A stretch of 34,126 nt of DNA from Pseudomonadota bacterium (lineage in GTDB: Bacteria > Bdellovibrionota_G > JALEGL01 > DATDPG01): contig JAZDIZ010000087.1 in assembly GCA_043804515.1 (NCBI GenBank), positions 1-34,126 of the forward strand, given 5' to 3'. Below, piece after piece: positions 1 through 8,487 of this stretch; positions within the stretch are counted from its first letter, which is position 1, and every line of letters begins with the position of its first letter. The position numbers and the translations under genes were made by a program. The notes below the pieces were generated by a model that was not told the DNA's origin, made no database searches, and worked only from the letters and a program-made list of their open reading frames with translations.

Positions 1-57
1 TTGGGATTTCGGCAGTTTGAATGGCAAATACGCCGTTTCCTTCGTGAATTATTCGGG

Positions 58-1386
58 CTAATCGGAACGGCGGAGACGGGCGATCGTCTCCACATGATAC
101 GTCTGCGGAAACATATCGTACGGCTGGACCTGGACGGTCTCAAAACCGGACGCGGCGAGGCACTTTAAATCCCGGGCCATGGTGGGAGGGGAGCAGGATA
201 TATAAAGGAGGGAGCGGATGCCGATTTTGAGCAGATTCTCCAAGGCTTTTGGCGGGATCCCCTTGCGAGGCGGGTCCACGACGGCCGCCTCGAAGCGTTC
301 CCCCTTGCGTACAAGCTTCTCCAGGATCGTTTCGGCCTTTCCGCCGCGAAACAACGCCCGTGTAGCCAAACCATTGGCATCCGCGCTCTTCTGAGCGGCC
401 AGGACGGCGGGATAGTGCACTTCCACACCCAGAACCGATTTTCCGGTCCGCGCGAGGTGCAGAGCGAACAGGCCGGCTCCCGAGAAGACGTCCAATACGG
501 CTTGGGCGGCGAACGTTTCGCCCCAGGCCAGAACCTCCTCCACCATGCGCTCCGTGATCTCCGGATGGACTTGAAAGAAGAGATCGGGGCGAAGATAAAA
601 GTCGATTCCTTTGACCGTCTCGACGAGTTCCTTCGCGCCTGCCAGGTGGATGAACGAATCTCCGAACGGGGACCGGGCACCGGTCTTGATCGGCGTCAGA
701 AATAGCGAGATGTCCGATGGAAGGTCTTTCAGGCGCGGAAGCAGGATCTTTTCCGCCGCTGCGTTCGGTTCCCCCGTCGCGCTCAATACGACCGCGCACT
801 GGCCGCGCGTCGTGCGGCGGAGAACGACGAACGGGACGAGTTCCGAATCCACGTCGGAAAGACGCACCCGAAGATCTTTCCAAAGTTCATTCAAAGGCTC
901 CTGCGCGATCGGGCAGTCCTCCACGTCCACGATCTCGTGCCGGTTCCAGGCCACGTAGCCTTGAGCGCCTTGCCCGGACCGGTGGAGCGTGAGGCGGTTC
1001 CGGTAGCCGAAGTCCGCCTCCGGCTTGATGATGGGTAGCAGCGGAAGCGCGCCGGGGCCGAGCCTCTCGAAGGCATCCCGGATGTGAGCCTCTTTTTGCT
1101 CCCTCCAGAATTCGGTCCGCATGTGCTGGTAGTGGCAACCGCCGCATCGCGAATAATATTTGCAGGGGGGCTCCACGCGATGGGGGGATGGTTCCAGAAT
1201 CTTCTGCGGAACGGCCCGGCCGTACCGCCGGCGCACATCGGTGACGCGGACCTCCACGCGGTCTCCCGGGGCCGTACGGGGAACAAAGAGGGTGAAGCCG
1301 TCGGGGTGGGCGACGCCGTCACCGCCGTAAGCAAGCCGTTCGATGGTTACGGTGAGGAGATCCCCTTCCGCGAAGGCCGGGGGCAT
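58..1386 (-). CDS. rlmD: 23S rRNA (uracil-C5)-methyltransferase RlmD/RumA family
   Basis: N-terminal TRAM domain (IERLAYGGDGVA...PGDRVEVRV), 4Fe-4S motif CKYYSRCGGC, FFQV motif, SAM-binding VLDVFSGAG, VVDPPRKG, YISC, DMFPQTYHVE. Confidence 0.95.
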   Translation of the reverse strand: MPPAFAEGDLLTVTIERLAYGGDGVAHPDGFTLFVPRTAPGDRVEVRVTDVRRRYGRAVPQKILEPSPHRVEPPCKYYSRCGGCHYQHMRTEFWREQKEAHIRDAFERLGPGALPLLPIIKPEADFGYRNRLTLHRSGQGAQGYVAWNRHEIVDVEDCPIAQEPLNELWKDLRVRLSDVDSELVPFVVLRRTTRGQCAVVLSATGEPNAAAEKILLPRLKDLPSDISLFLTPIKTGARSPFGDSFIHLAGAKELVETVKGIDFYLRPDLFFQVHPEITERMVEEVLAWGETFAAQAVLDVFSGAGLFALHLARTGKSVLGVEVHYPAVLAAQKSADANGLATRALFRGGKAETILEKLVRKGERFEAAVVDPPRKGIPPKALENLLKIGIRSLLYISCSPPTMARDLKCLAASGFETVQVQPYDMFPQTYHVETIARLRRSD

Positions 1387-1389
1387 GAA

Positions 1390-1965
1390 TTACTGGACCA
1401 TCGAGTCGGGCGCCGAGGCGAGCTGCATCGGATTCACGCCGATCGAATGGAGCGAGCGCTCCCAGAGGGTTTCGGGACTCGAGTCGAAGATCAGGTCGCG
1501 CTTAAGCGGTGCGGTGACCCAACTGGAGGCGGCCATTTCCTTCTCGAGCTGCCCGGCGCCCCACCCGGCGTACCCCAGAAAGAAACGGAAGCGCGGGGGA
1601 TTGGGTTGTTGGCGGTTTTCCGCCAGCCTTTGCAGGGCCGACAGAGAGCTGCTCAGGAACAGGCCGGGCTCGATCTGAAGGCTCTCCCCGGCAAGCGAGG
1701 CATCCTCGTGCACGATCCATCCCCGGTCGTTCTGCACCGGGCCTCCCCAAAACACCTTAACCGGTTCGCCGGGGAGCTGGAGCGCGGCGTCCAGGATCTG
1801 CGTCAGGGAGATGTTCAGCGGCCGGTTCAAAACGACGCCCATGGCGCCGTCTTTGTTGAACTCCGAAATGAGCGAGGCTGTCTGATGGAAATTGGGATCC
1901 AACAGCGAGGGCATCGAAATCAGAATGCATCGCGTGCTTTCTGGTTTCTGCGGAGCGTCGTCCAT
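1390..1965 (-). CDS. yqgE: YqgE/AlgH family protein (DUF179)
   Basis: LISMPSLLDPNF, GAMGVVLNRP, FWGGPV, FFLGYAGWGAGQLEKEM...SW motifs; start placed at ATG 1965 (MDDAPQK) because the longer ORF overlaps the divergent gene; 3 bp from the rlmD start, likely co-transcribed. Confidence 0.92.
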   Translation of the reverse strand: MDDAPQKPESTRCILISMPSLLDPNFHQTASLISEFNKDGAMGVVLNRPLNISLTQILDAALQLPGEPVKVFWGGPVQNDRGWIVHEDASLAGESLQIEPGLFLSSSLSALQRLAENRQQPNPPRFRFFLGYAGWGAGQLEKEMAASSWVTAPLKRDLIFDSSPETLWERSLHSIGVNPMQLASAPDSMVQ

Positions 1966-2060
1966 AGGTTCGGCATTATATCCGACAGATCCGGCGTGCA
2001 ATAGAGGGCGCGGGGGGAGAGATTGACGGCCCGCCGCTTCGTTGCAATAGTCCGGGCGCC

Positions 2061-3230
2061 ATGATCGAACGCGCGAAGTTCCGGCGGTTTTTCTTCCTGG
2101 CGGTATCACTTGCGGCCGCGGCCTGCAGCGGGACCGGGCAGAGCCGGAAAACGGCTCCGCCGGCGATCCTGAGGGACGAAATCGTGGTCGGCGCCGTCAC
2201 GTCGCTCACGGGGAGCGAAGCCAACTACGGCGCATCCGCCCGGAACGGGTACGCCATGGCGGCGGAAAGGATCAACGCGGCCGGGGGCGTGAACGAGAAG
2301 AAGATCCGGATCGATGTGGCCGACGATACGGGAACCACCGAGGGCTCTGTGAATGCCGTCACCCGCCTGATTCACGGGGAACACGCTGTGGCCATTCTGG
2401 GCGCCGATTCGAGTTCGCACTCCATCGCCATGGCCGCCGTCGCGCAGGCCGCAAAGATTCCCATGATCACCCCCTCGGCCACGAACCCGCGCGTGACGGA
2501 GGTGGGGGACTACATTTTCCGGGTCTGCTTCATCGATCCGTTTCAAGGGGCTGTTATGGCCCGGTTTGCGCGTGAGGATCTGAAGGTAAAGCGCGTGGCG
2601 ATCCTTCGCGCCGCCAAAAACGAATACAGCGTCGGATTGGCCGATTTCTTCAAGGAGAAATTCGCGTCGCTCGGAGGCCGGGTGGTGACGGATCAGTCCT
2701 ACGGTGAGACGGATCGGGACTTCATCAAGCAGCTCAGCCGAATTCAGATGGTGAAGCCGGACCTCATCTATGTACCGGGGTATTACACGGACGCGGGCCT
2801 GATCGTGCGGCAGGCGCGGGCGATGAGAATCCCGGGCATCTTCGCCGGCGGTGATGGTTGGGATGCGGAGCCGCTTTTTGACGTGGGTGGGGATGCGCTC
2901 GAGGGAAGCTATTTCACCAATCATTATTCTCCGGAAGGGGAGGAGCCCAGGCTCAAGGCTTTTGTGGCGGAGTACCGGCAGAAGTGGCACGCGACGCCCG
3001 ATTCCGGCGTGGCGTTGGCTTATGACGCCGCGATGGTCTTGTTCGAAGCGATGAAGCGGGCGAAAAGCCTTTCGGGCCCCGATCTTAAGGATGCGATCAC
3101 GCGGACGAAGGACTTCCCAGGCGTGACGGGCGTGATCACGATCAACGCCAAGCGGAACGCGGAGAAGCCCGCCGTCATTCTCAAGATCGAAGGGCGCAAG
3201 GCGAAGTACTTAAAGACCGTCGCGCCGTAG
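2061..3230 (+). CDS. Branched-chain amino acid ABC transporter substrate-binding lipoprotein (LivJ/LivK-like)
   Basis: Lipoprotein signal (LAAAAC), LTGSEANYG, INAAGGVN, PMITPSATNPRVT, YIFRVCFIDPFQG, GGDGWD, ALAYDA, FPGVTGVI motifs. Confidence 0.93.
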   Translation: MIERAKFRRFFFLAVSLAAAACSGTGQSRKTAPPAILRDEIVVGAVTSLTGSEANYGASARNGYAMAAERINAAGGVNEKKIRIDVADDTGTTEGSVNAVTRLIHGEHAVAILGADSSSHSIAMAAVAQAAKIPMITPSATNPRVTEVGDYIFRVCFIDPFQGAVMARFAREDLKVKRVAILRAAKNEYSVGLADFFKEKFASLGGRVVTDQSYGETDRDFIKQLSRIQMVKPDLIYVPGYYTDAGLIVRQARAMRIPGIFAGGDGWDAEPLFDVGGDALEGSYFTNHYSPEGEEPRLKAFVAEYRQKWHATPDSGVALAYDAAMVLFEAMKRAKSLSGPDLKDAITRTKDFPGVTGVITINAKRNAEKPAVILKIEGRKAKYLKTVAP

Positions 3231-3239
3231 CTCCGGATG

Positions 3240-3340
3240 AAATTGGGGACACGTACGAATTTCGAAGTTCCAAGGAATTTCGCCGGGTTATGAGTCCAAA
3301 TTCGCCGGCAAGTTCCTTAATTGGTACGTGTCCCCATTTT
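3240..3340 (+). repeat. Family A palindromic (REP/MITE-like) element, copy A1
   Basis: 13-bp perfect terminal inverted repeat tggggacacgtac (3244-3256) / gtacgtgtcccca (3324-3336), plus inner inverted arms aaggaatttcgccgg / ccggcaagttcctt; lies between two convergent stop codons (3230, 3350). Confidence 0.9.
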
Positions 3341-3349
3341 GGGGTCTCG

Positions 3350-4762
3350 TTAGCGAACGAGAGCGCGTTCCTTTTCCAGGAGCGCCTTCGCGTCTTTGTG
3401 GCCGGGTACGAGCCGCAAGAACGTCTCCAGATATGAAACGGCTTCTTTGTGATTTTGCGCAGCGGTGGCTGTGCGGCCGAGCTCAAGATAAATCCGGGGA
3501 TATTCCGGGGTCTGTTGGACCAGGGTAAGAAGGTTCGTCCGAGCCTCCGCCAGCCGGCCTAAATGCCGTTGGGCCACGGCGAGGTAGAACTGCGCCAGAT
3601 TCTCTACCGAAAAATGGTAGTCCTTTCCGAAGTCGTCGATATGAGCAGTGAACGGAAAGTTCCGCGCGGCCCGGATCGCCGCCGTAATTTGGACCTCGGC
3701 TTTTTGATACTCCTGCGTGTCCAAGTAGGCTACGCCCGTATTGACCATCCAGTAGGGATGCGAAGGTTGTGTGGCGAGTGCTTGTCGGTACCATTTAAGC
3801 TCGGAGGCATAGTCCTTTTGAGCACAGGACCGATCCCCCAGATACTCGTATGCCATGGCGAGCGGGTTTAGGTCTTCTTTTGAAAGGATGGTTGCGTAGA
3901 GGTCCGAGATGAGACCGGCCTGCACCGGGTCGAACCCCGCGACTCCCGCTCGAAAATCCATACATTTGGCCAGGAGCATGATCTGGCGGGACAGCCGGTC
4001 GATCTTGGAAAGAGCCGGGATCCCCTGCTCCTCGTGATACATCAAAGAGGAATAATCGTCCGTGTGAACGGCGCCGAACGTGTGGCCGAGTTCGTGGGGA
4101 AGCGTGTACTTGAGGCCCAGGAAGTCATCGGATGTAAGGACAAGTTTGTTTCCGAAGTAGACACTCATGCCCAAGCTCAAGTGTCCGAATTGGGACCTGT
4201 GAATCTCCGCTCCGATCACACCGACGTGAATATCGACTTTCGGATCCGCCAATTTGTCCACCTCGGCGAGGTACGCGTCTGAGTCGTAACCTTTTCCAAG
4301 GACGCGTGTTTCGCGGATCTGTGCCAGGGAGAATCGGATCCCGGTGGATTGAAACAAACGGTTCGAATTCTCCACGGCTTCCTGGATTCTTTCCCTCCAG
4401 TTCGAATAGATCTTGAACGAAGGGTCCACGATGAACTCGATCGAGACGGTGCGCTCCGACGTGGGTGAACATTGGTCGAAGAGATACGGCCTGATCTCGC
4501 CGTCGCACCGGTATCTAGCACACGACTGAGAAGCGCCGGATTGTGGCACCCGTGATGCGGTTCCCTTGCAGTGCTGGTGAATCACGTCAGTCCAATGTTT
4601 CGGCGTGCATTCGGGGTCTATGGCCTCGCGATCGCAGCAAAGCGTGATCGTCTTCTGGTCCCAGCTCTTGAGATTGGGGATGATCATCACCGGCCGGTTC
4701 GCGTGGCAGGCGCAAAGAACGACGAACAAAATTGGGGACACGTACGAATTTCGCAAGCCCAC
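3350..4762 (-). CDS. Metzincin-type zinc metallopeptidase lipoprotein with C-terminal TPR repeats
   Basis: HELGHTFGAVH (HExxHxxGxxH) followed by SLM Met-turn; TPR-like helices (YRQALATQPSHP, LVQQTPEYPRIYLELG, FLRLVPGHKDA); LCAC lipobox. The GTG start lies inside repeat A2. Confidence 0.8.
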   Translation of the reverse strand: MGLRNSYVSPILFVVLCACHANRPVMIIPNLKSWDQKTITLCCDREAIDPECTPKHWTDVIHQHCKGTASRVPQSGASQSCARYRCDGEIRPYLFDQCSPTSERTVSIEFIVDPSFKIYSNWRERIQEAVENSNRLFQSTGIRFSLAQIRETRVLGKGYDSDAYLAEVDKLADPKVDIHVGVIGAEIHRSQFGHLSLGMSVYFGNKLVLTSDDFLGLKYTLPHELGHTFGAVHTDDYSSLMYHEEQGIPALSKIDRLSRQIMLLAKCMDFRAGVAGFDPVQAGLISDLYATILSKEDLNPLAMAYEYLGDRSCAQKDYASELKWYRQALATQPSHPYWMVNTGVAYLDTQEYQKAEVQITAAIRAARNFPFTAHIDDFGKDYHFSVENLAQFYLAVAQRHLGRLAEARTNLLTLVQQTPEYPRIYLELGRTATAAQNHKEAVSYLETFLRLVPGHKDAKALLEKERALVR

Positions 4763-4827
4763 GGAATTTAACTCGTTTATGAGCTCAATTTCGTTGGCAA
4801 TTTCCTAATTGGTACGTGTCCCCAATT
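4729..4827 (+). repeat. Family A palindromic element, copy A2
   Basis: 16-bp perfect TIR aattggggacacgtac (4730-4745) / gtacgtgtccccaatt (4812-4827); first 25 nt and the taattggtacgtgtcccca right end are identical to A1, interior diverged. Confidence 0.9.
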
Positions 4828-4833
4828 CGGCAC

Positions 4834-6891
4834 TTACCAGATTTCCAGCCGCTTCTCGGGCGGGAGGTACATCGCGTCGCCCTCCCGGCAGGCATAGGCC
4901 TCGTAGAAACCGGGCTGCTGAATGACCTGCTGGTTCACTCGGGCCTCGCCGATGGGGTGTTCGTTCGTGCGCATCTGGGTGTCCAAATATTGCTCCCGCG
5001 CCACCATGCACCAGCTACGTCCCCACTGAAGAAACAGCGCCTTCTTGGCTTCGGGCGAGCCCTCGTCCTTCGGGAACGCGGTGCGGTACGCGAACGTGAT
5101 GCCCACGAAATCGCCGATGTTCTCGCCCTGCGTCTGTTTTCCGTACTCCTTATATTTCGGGTAGGCGGCGTCGAACTGGTCGATCATGGGTTTGCCACGT
5201 TCCTTGAACTTCTTTAGATCCGCCGGAGGCATCCAGTCGCGAAGCTTCCCGGTATGATCGAACTTCGCTCCTTGGTCGTCAAACAGATGGCCCAATTCGT
5301 GGCCGATCACCGCGCCGATCGCACCCAGGTTCACAAAATCCGGCGCCTTGGGACCGGAATCGTAGACCGGGGGCACCAGGATTCCCGCCGGGTAGTTCAA
5401 CCGGTTGTCGTTCGGTGAGGCCGATGCGTTCACCGTGAGTGGCCCCCACGGCCAACGCGTCTTGTTGTGCACCGGAAGTTCCTGGAGGATCCGGTCGGAG
5501 CGGTTCTTATCGAGCGTCATGATGTTCGCGTAGTGCCGGTCCGGCGAGAAGGCGGCCGGTGGATTGAAGTCCCAATCCTCGATCCGATCGGGTGAAAACA
5601 ACTGAAGCGTGGCCGTGTTGAGCTTCAGCAGGGCTTCCTGTTTTGCATCCGAGCTCAGCCATGAGTTGCCCGTGAGCGAATCCCGGATCGTGCCGCGCAC
5701 CCTCTCGATCAAAGCCTGAAGCTTCGCTTTGTCGAAGTGAGGGTACACCCGGGGCAGAAGCTCGAAATCGATCTCGTGTTCAAAACGCCCCATGACGGTC
5801 CGAGTGCAGCGTTCCGCGAGTACGGGACGGACCTCGGGGCCTCCTAGGAATTTGTTCCGGAAGGCGAACACCTGGTTGAAAAAGTCGGGGTACGCCTCAT
5901 CCATGTACGGGTACGCCGAGTGAAAGAGATAATAATCCTTCAGTGTCTCCAGATCGACGGCGGGGACGTCGGTGAGCACCTGATTGTTGAGAAAGTCGAA
6001 AGTCCTCTTGTAGATGACGCGAAGGCGGGCCTGATCGGGCACGCGGCTCAAGAGGGCGTCCAATTGAAGGTTCGGGTAAGCCGCCAGGGCTTGCTCTTTG
6101 GTCATGACCACGTCGCGTGTCATGATCAGGTCGCGCAAGTCGGCACGGCTCGGAACATTCGGGGCCAGCAAAATCTCGAATCGCACGACGGCCGCGGCCC
6201 GTTGATCCGGATTGTCGGCTCCGATGGTTTGGAAGAAGGACCGGACGATGTCCTGAAACGCGGCCATGCGCGTTTTGAATTCGTCCTTCTCGTTCCGCCC
6301 TTTTTCGTAATAGGACCTGGCCGGGAAGAAGAGGGGATGGCTCATCAGCAGGAGATCGTCCTTGGTCGAATCATCCAGGTTGTTGTCGATGTCGAATTCG
6401 ACGAAACGGAATTCCGGCGTCAGCATTTTTCGGGCGGCGTAATCCCGGAAATCCGCGATGGTTTTGATCCCCGCGATTTCGTCTCCGAATCTCCTGACGA
6501 GCGACGGTTCCTCCGCCTTTTTGGCCTCCGGGCTCATGCAGGCGGCGTACACGTTCTGCATCCCCTGGACGCGGGGAGACATCCGTTGGGGATTCTGCTT
6601 CGCGAGGGCCGCAAGAAACTCCATACGGGTCTTGAGCGTTCTTTCCCTTGCATCGTCAAATGCGAAAGAGTGACTGCTGCGGTCGGGACGAAGTTTGAAC
6701 GAGGAGATCACCTCGGAGCAGGCGTATTGGTAGAAATCCTGGCAAGGCTTGATCTTGTCGCTTACGGGAAACTCGCGGCGTTTCGGAATTTCGCTGGACG
6801 GCTCCTTGGCCGTGGACGCCCCGGGTACGCCGACGAGAGAGACAAAAAGAAGTGCGCAACCGATCCGAACGTGTCGCATGAATCGTGACAT
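4834..6891 (-). CDS. M13 family (neprilysin/PepO-like) metalloendopeptidase, secreted
   Basis: PCQDFYQYAC, VNA motif, NLGAIGAVIGHELGHLFDDQG, TQGENIGD, H..GEARVN, C-terminal C...M.LPPEKRLEIW; start at ATG 6891 gives a signal peptide (exact start uncertain). Confidence 0.93.
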   Translation of the reverse strand: MSRFMRHVRIGCALLFVSLVGVPGASTAKEPSSEIPKRREFPVSDKIKPCQDFYQYACSEVISSFKLRPDRSSHSFAFDDARERTLKTRMEFLAALAKQNPQRMSPRVQGMQNVYAACMSPEAKKAEEPSLVRRFGDEIAGIKTIADFRDYAARKMLTPEFRFVEFDIDNNLDDSTKDDLLLMSHPLFFPARSYYEKGRNEKDEFKTRMAAFQDIVRSFFQTIGADNPDQRAAAVVRFEILLAPNVPSRADLRDLIMTRDVVMTKEQALAAYPNLQLDALLSRVPDQARLRVIYKRTFDFLNNQVLTDVPAVDLETLKDYYLFHSAYPYMDEAYPDFFNQVFAFRNKFLGGPEVRPVLAERCTRTVMGRFEHEIDFELLPRVYPHFDKAKLQALIERVRGTIRDSLTGNSWLSSDAKQEALLKLNTATLQLFSPDRIEDWDFNPPAAFSPDRHYANIMTLDKNRSDRILQELPVHNKTRWPWGPLTVNASASPNDNRLNYPAGILVPPVYDSGPKAPDFVNLGAIGAVIGHELGHLFDDQGAKFDHTGKLRDWMPPADLKKFKERGKPMIDQFDAAYPKYKEYGKQTQGENIGDFVGITFAYRTAFPKDEGSPEAKKALFLQWGRSWCMVAREQYLDTQMRTNEHPIGEARVNQQVIQQPGFYEAYACREGDAMYLPPEKRLEIW

Positions 6892-7096
6892 GAAAACCCC
6901 CATGATTTCTAAAATGAAGCACCAGCCCATACTGAACGTGACGTCATGTGTCAACGATTCTCAAACTCGGAAGAGCCGACGAGTGTAGGAACGGAGATCG
7001 GGATTCGCCCACGCCACGCGAGCAAAATGATTGACATCATGCAGCAGACGATTAAAAGCGGATGACACAATACGTTACAAGCAGAGGGAAAAATCG

Positions 7097-8359
7097 ATGA
7101 AACAGATTTGTGCCGGTTCCTTGTGGGTCTGTCTCTTGGGCGTTGTGACCGGAGCTTTTGCCCAAGGGGAACAACAGCCAAAGCCCACCGCGCCCGTCCC
7201 GCAGTGGACCATTTATGGCTCCGTCAAGGCGGATCTCATAGCCGAAGAGCCCGCAGGCTCGGGGCCTATTACGCTCTATGCCCCTCCCTCGACTCCGTCC
7301 CAACACCAACACCGATTCACGTACACGCTTCGGCAAACTCGGGTCGGATTGGTGGGCCCGGGGCCTCAAGTGTTGGGCGGAAAAACGAGCAATACGGTTG
7401 AAATGGATTGGTACGGTACTGGGGGCACGGACAACACGGCGACTCCACGGTTGTACCGAGCTTTCATAAAGGGGGTCTGGCCCACATTCGACGTTCTGGC
7501 GGGCCAGGATTGGGACCTCAGCTCGAGGCTCTATGCGAAAACGGTGATTTTCTTTATGCCGCCCGCCGGGAATCCTCAGTATCGGCGTCCACAGCTCCGA
7601 GCCGTCAAGTCATTCCCGATGAGCGATGATCAATCCGGCTTCTCTTTGGCGGGCGCCCTTGTGCAGCCGCCGCAACGGGATCTGGACAACGACGGCATGC
7701 CGGACGGCGATGCTTCCGGTCTTCCGATGCTCGAAGGGCGTATGGCTTTCGAAAGATACAAAGACAAAGGATTCAGAATCCAAAAGCACGACAAGGAAAA
7801 TGATCCGAGTTTCACATTGGCTGCTTCAGGACACGTCGGGCGGGAGGAAATCTGGACGGGATCCGCCGGCATGCAAACATTCAGGACCTGGTCGGTCACG
7901 GGTGAAGCCTGCTTGCCTCTTCCTTTCCACTCGTCGTTCAAATGCGAAGTCTACAGGGGCGACAACCTGGGCTTTAATTACGGGGGGATCTCGCAAGGCC
8001 CGATCAAGAAAAAGAACGGAACTTTCGCAGACGTCCACGATCAGGGAGGGTGGGGCCAACTGGAAATCAATACGAGATACCGGACGTTCAAGGACCAACC
8101 GCCGGGTCAAGATCCGGTTCCAACGCTGCAATTTCATGTAGGCGGAGGAATCGATCAGCCTCGTGCCGAAGATCTCAGCCCCGGCGATCGGAGCCGGAAT
8201 ATAGCGTGTTATGCCAACGTTTATTACCAGATCGCGACAGCACTTACGTTCGCAGCGGAACAGGTCCAGTACCAGACGAGGTACCTGGGAGGCGAGACCG
8301 CCAATCTTTCACGCACGCAGGTGTCGTGCACGTTGGGACCGCTGAAGAAATCGTTCTAA
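7097..8359 (+). CDS. Outer-membrane beta-barrel porin, DcaP-like
   Basis: Signal peptide (MKQICAG...GAFA), IYGSVKADL, RQTRVGL, VEMDWYG...PRLYRAF...LAGQDW, QYRRPQLR motifs typical of DcaP-type porins; terminal Phe. Confidence 0.7.
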   Translation: MKQICAGSLWVCLLGVVTGAFAQGEQQPKPTAPVPQWTIYGSVKADLIAEEPAGSGPITLYAPPSTPSQHQHRFTYTLRQTRVGLVGPGPQVLGGKTSNTVEMDWYGTGGTDNTATPRLYRAFIKGVWPTFDVLAGQDWDLSSRLYAKTVIFFMPPAGNPQYRRPQLRAVKSFPMSDDQSGFSLAGALVQPPQRDLDNDGMPDGDASGLPMLEGRMAFERYKDKGFRIQKHDKENDPSFTLAASGHVGREEIWTGSAGMQTFRTWSVTGEACLPLPFHSSFKCEVYRGDNLGFNYGGISQGPIKKKNGTFADVHDQGGWGQLEINTRYRTFKDQPPGQDPVPTLQFHVGGGIDQPRAEDLSPGDRSRNIACYANVYYQIATALTFAAEQVQYQTRYLGGETANLSRTQVSCTLGPLKKSF

Positions 8360-8450
8360 AAACAGGGACGGACGTCGGCCCGAGGACCTCAGCTGCTGCA
8401 GAACTGCTACCCGGAAAACGGAAACAAATTCATCAAGTTGGGGCCGAAAC
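8358..8450 (+). repeat. Family B element, copy B1 (right end degenerate)
   Basis: aaacagggacggacgtcggcccgaggacctcagctgctgcaga...cccggaaaacggaaacaaattcatcaagttggggcc aligns colinearly with the copies at 20486 and 21427; starts at the porin stop codon. Confidence 0.8.
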
Positions 8451-8487
8451 ACGAATCGGCTATGATTACGCTCGTTTCGGACCTTTC

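Noticed and set aside
6956..6999. Possible eroded family B core (gattctca...gaagagccg...ggaacggaga) between the M13 and porin genes
   Set aside because: Termini are absent and similarity is too patchy to call without a profile search.
8050..8487. 146-aa N-terminal extension of the spermidine synthase-like ORF
   Set aside because: Overlaps the porin gene and reads through repeat B1; family homology starts at ATG 8488.
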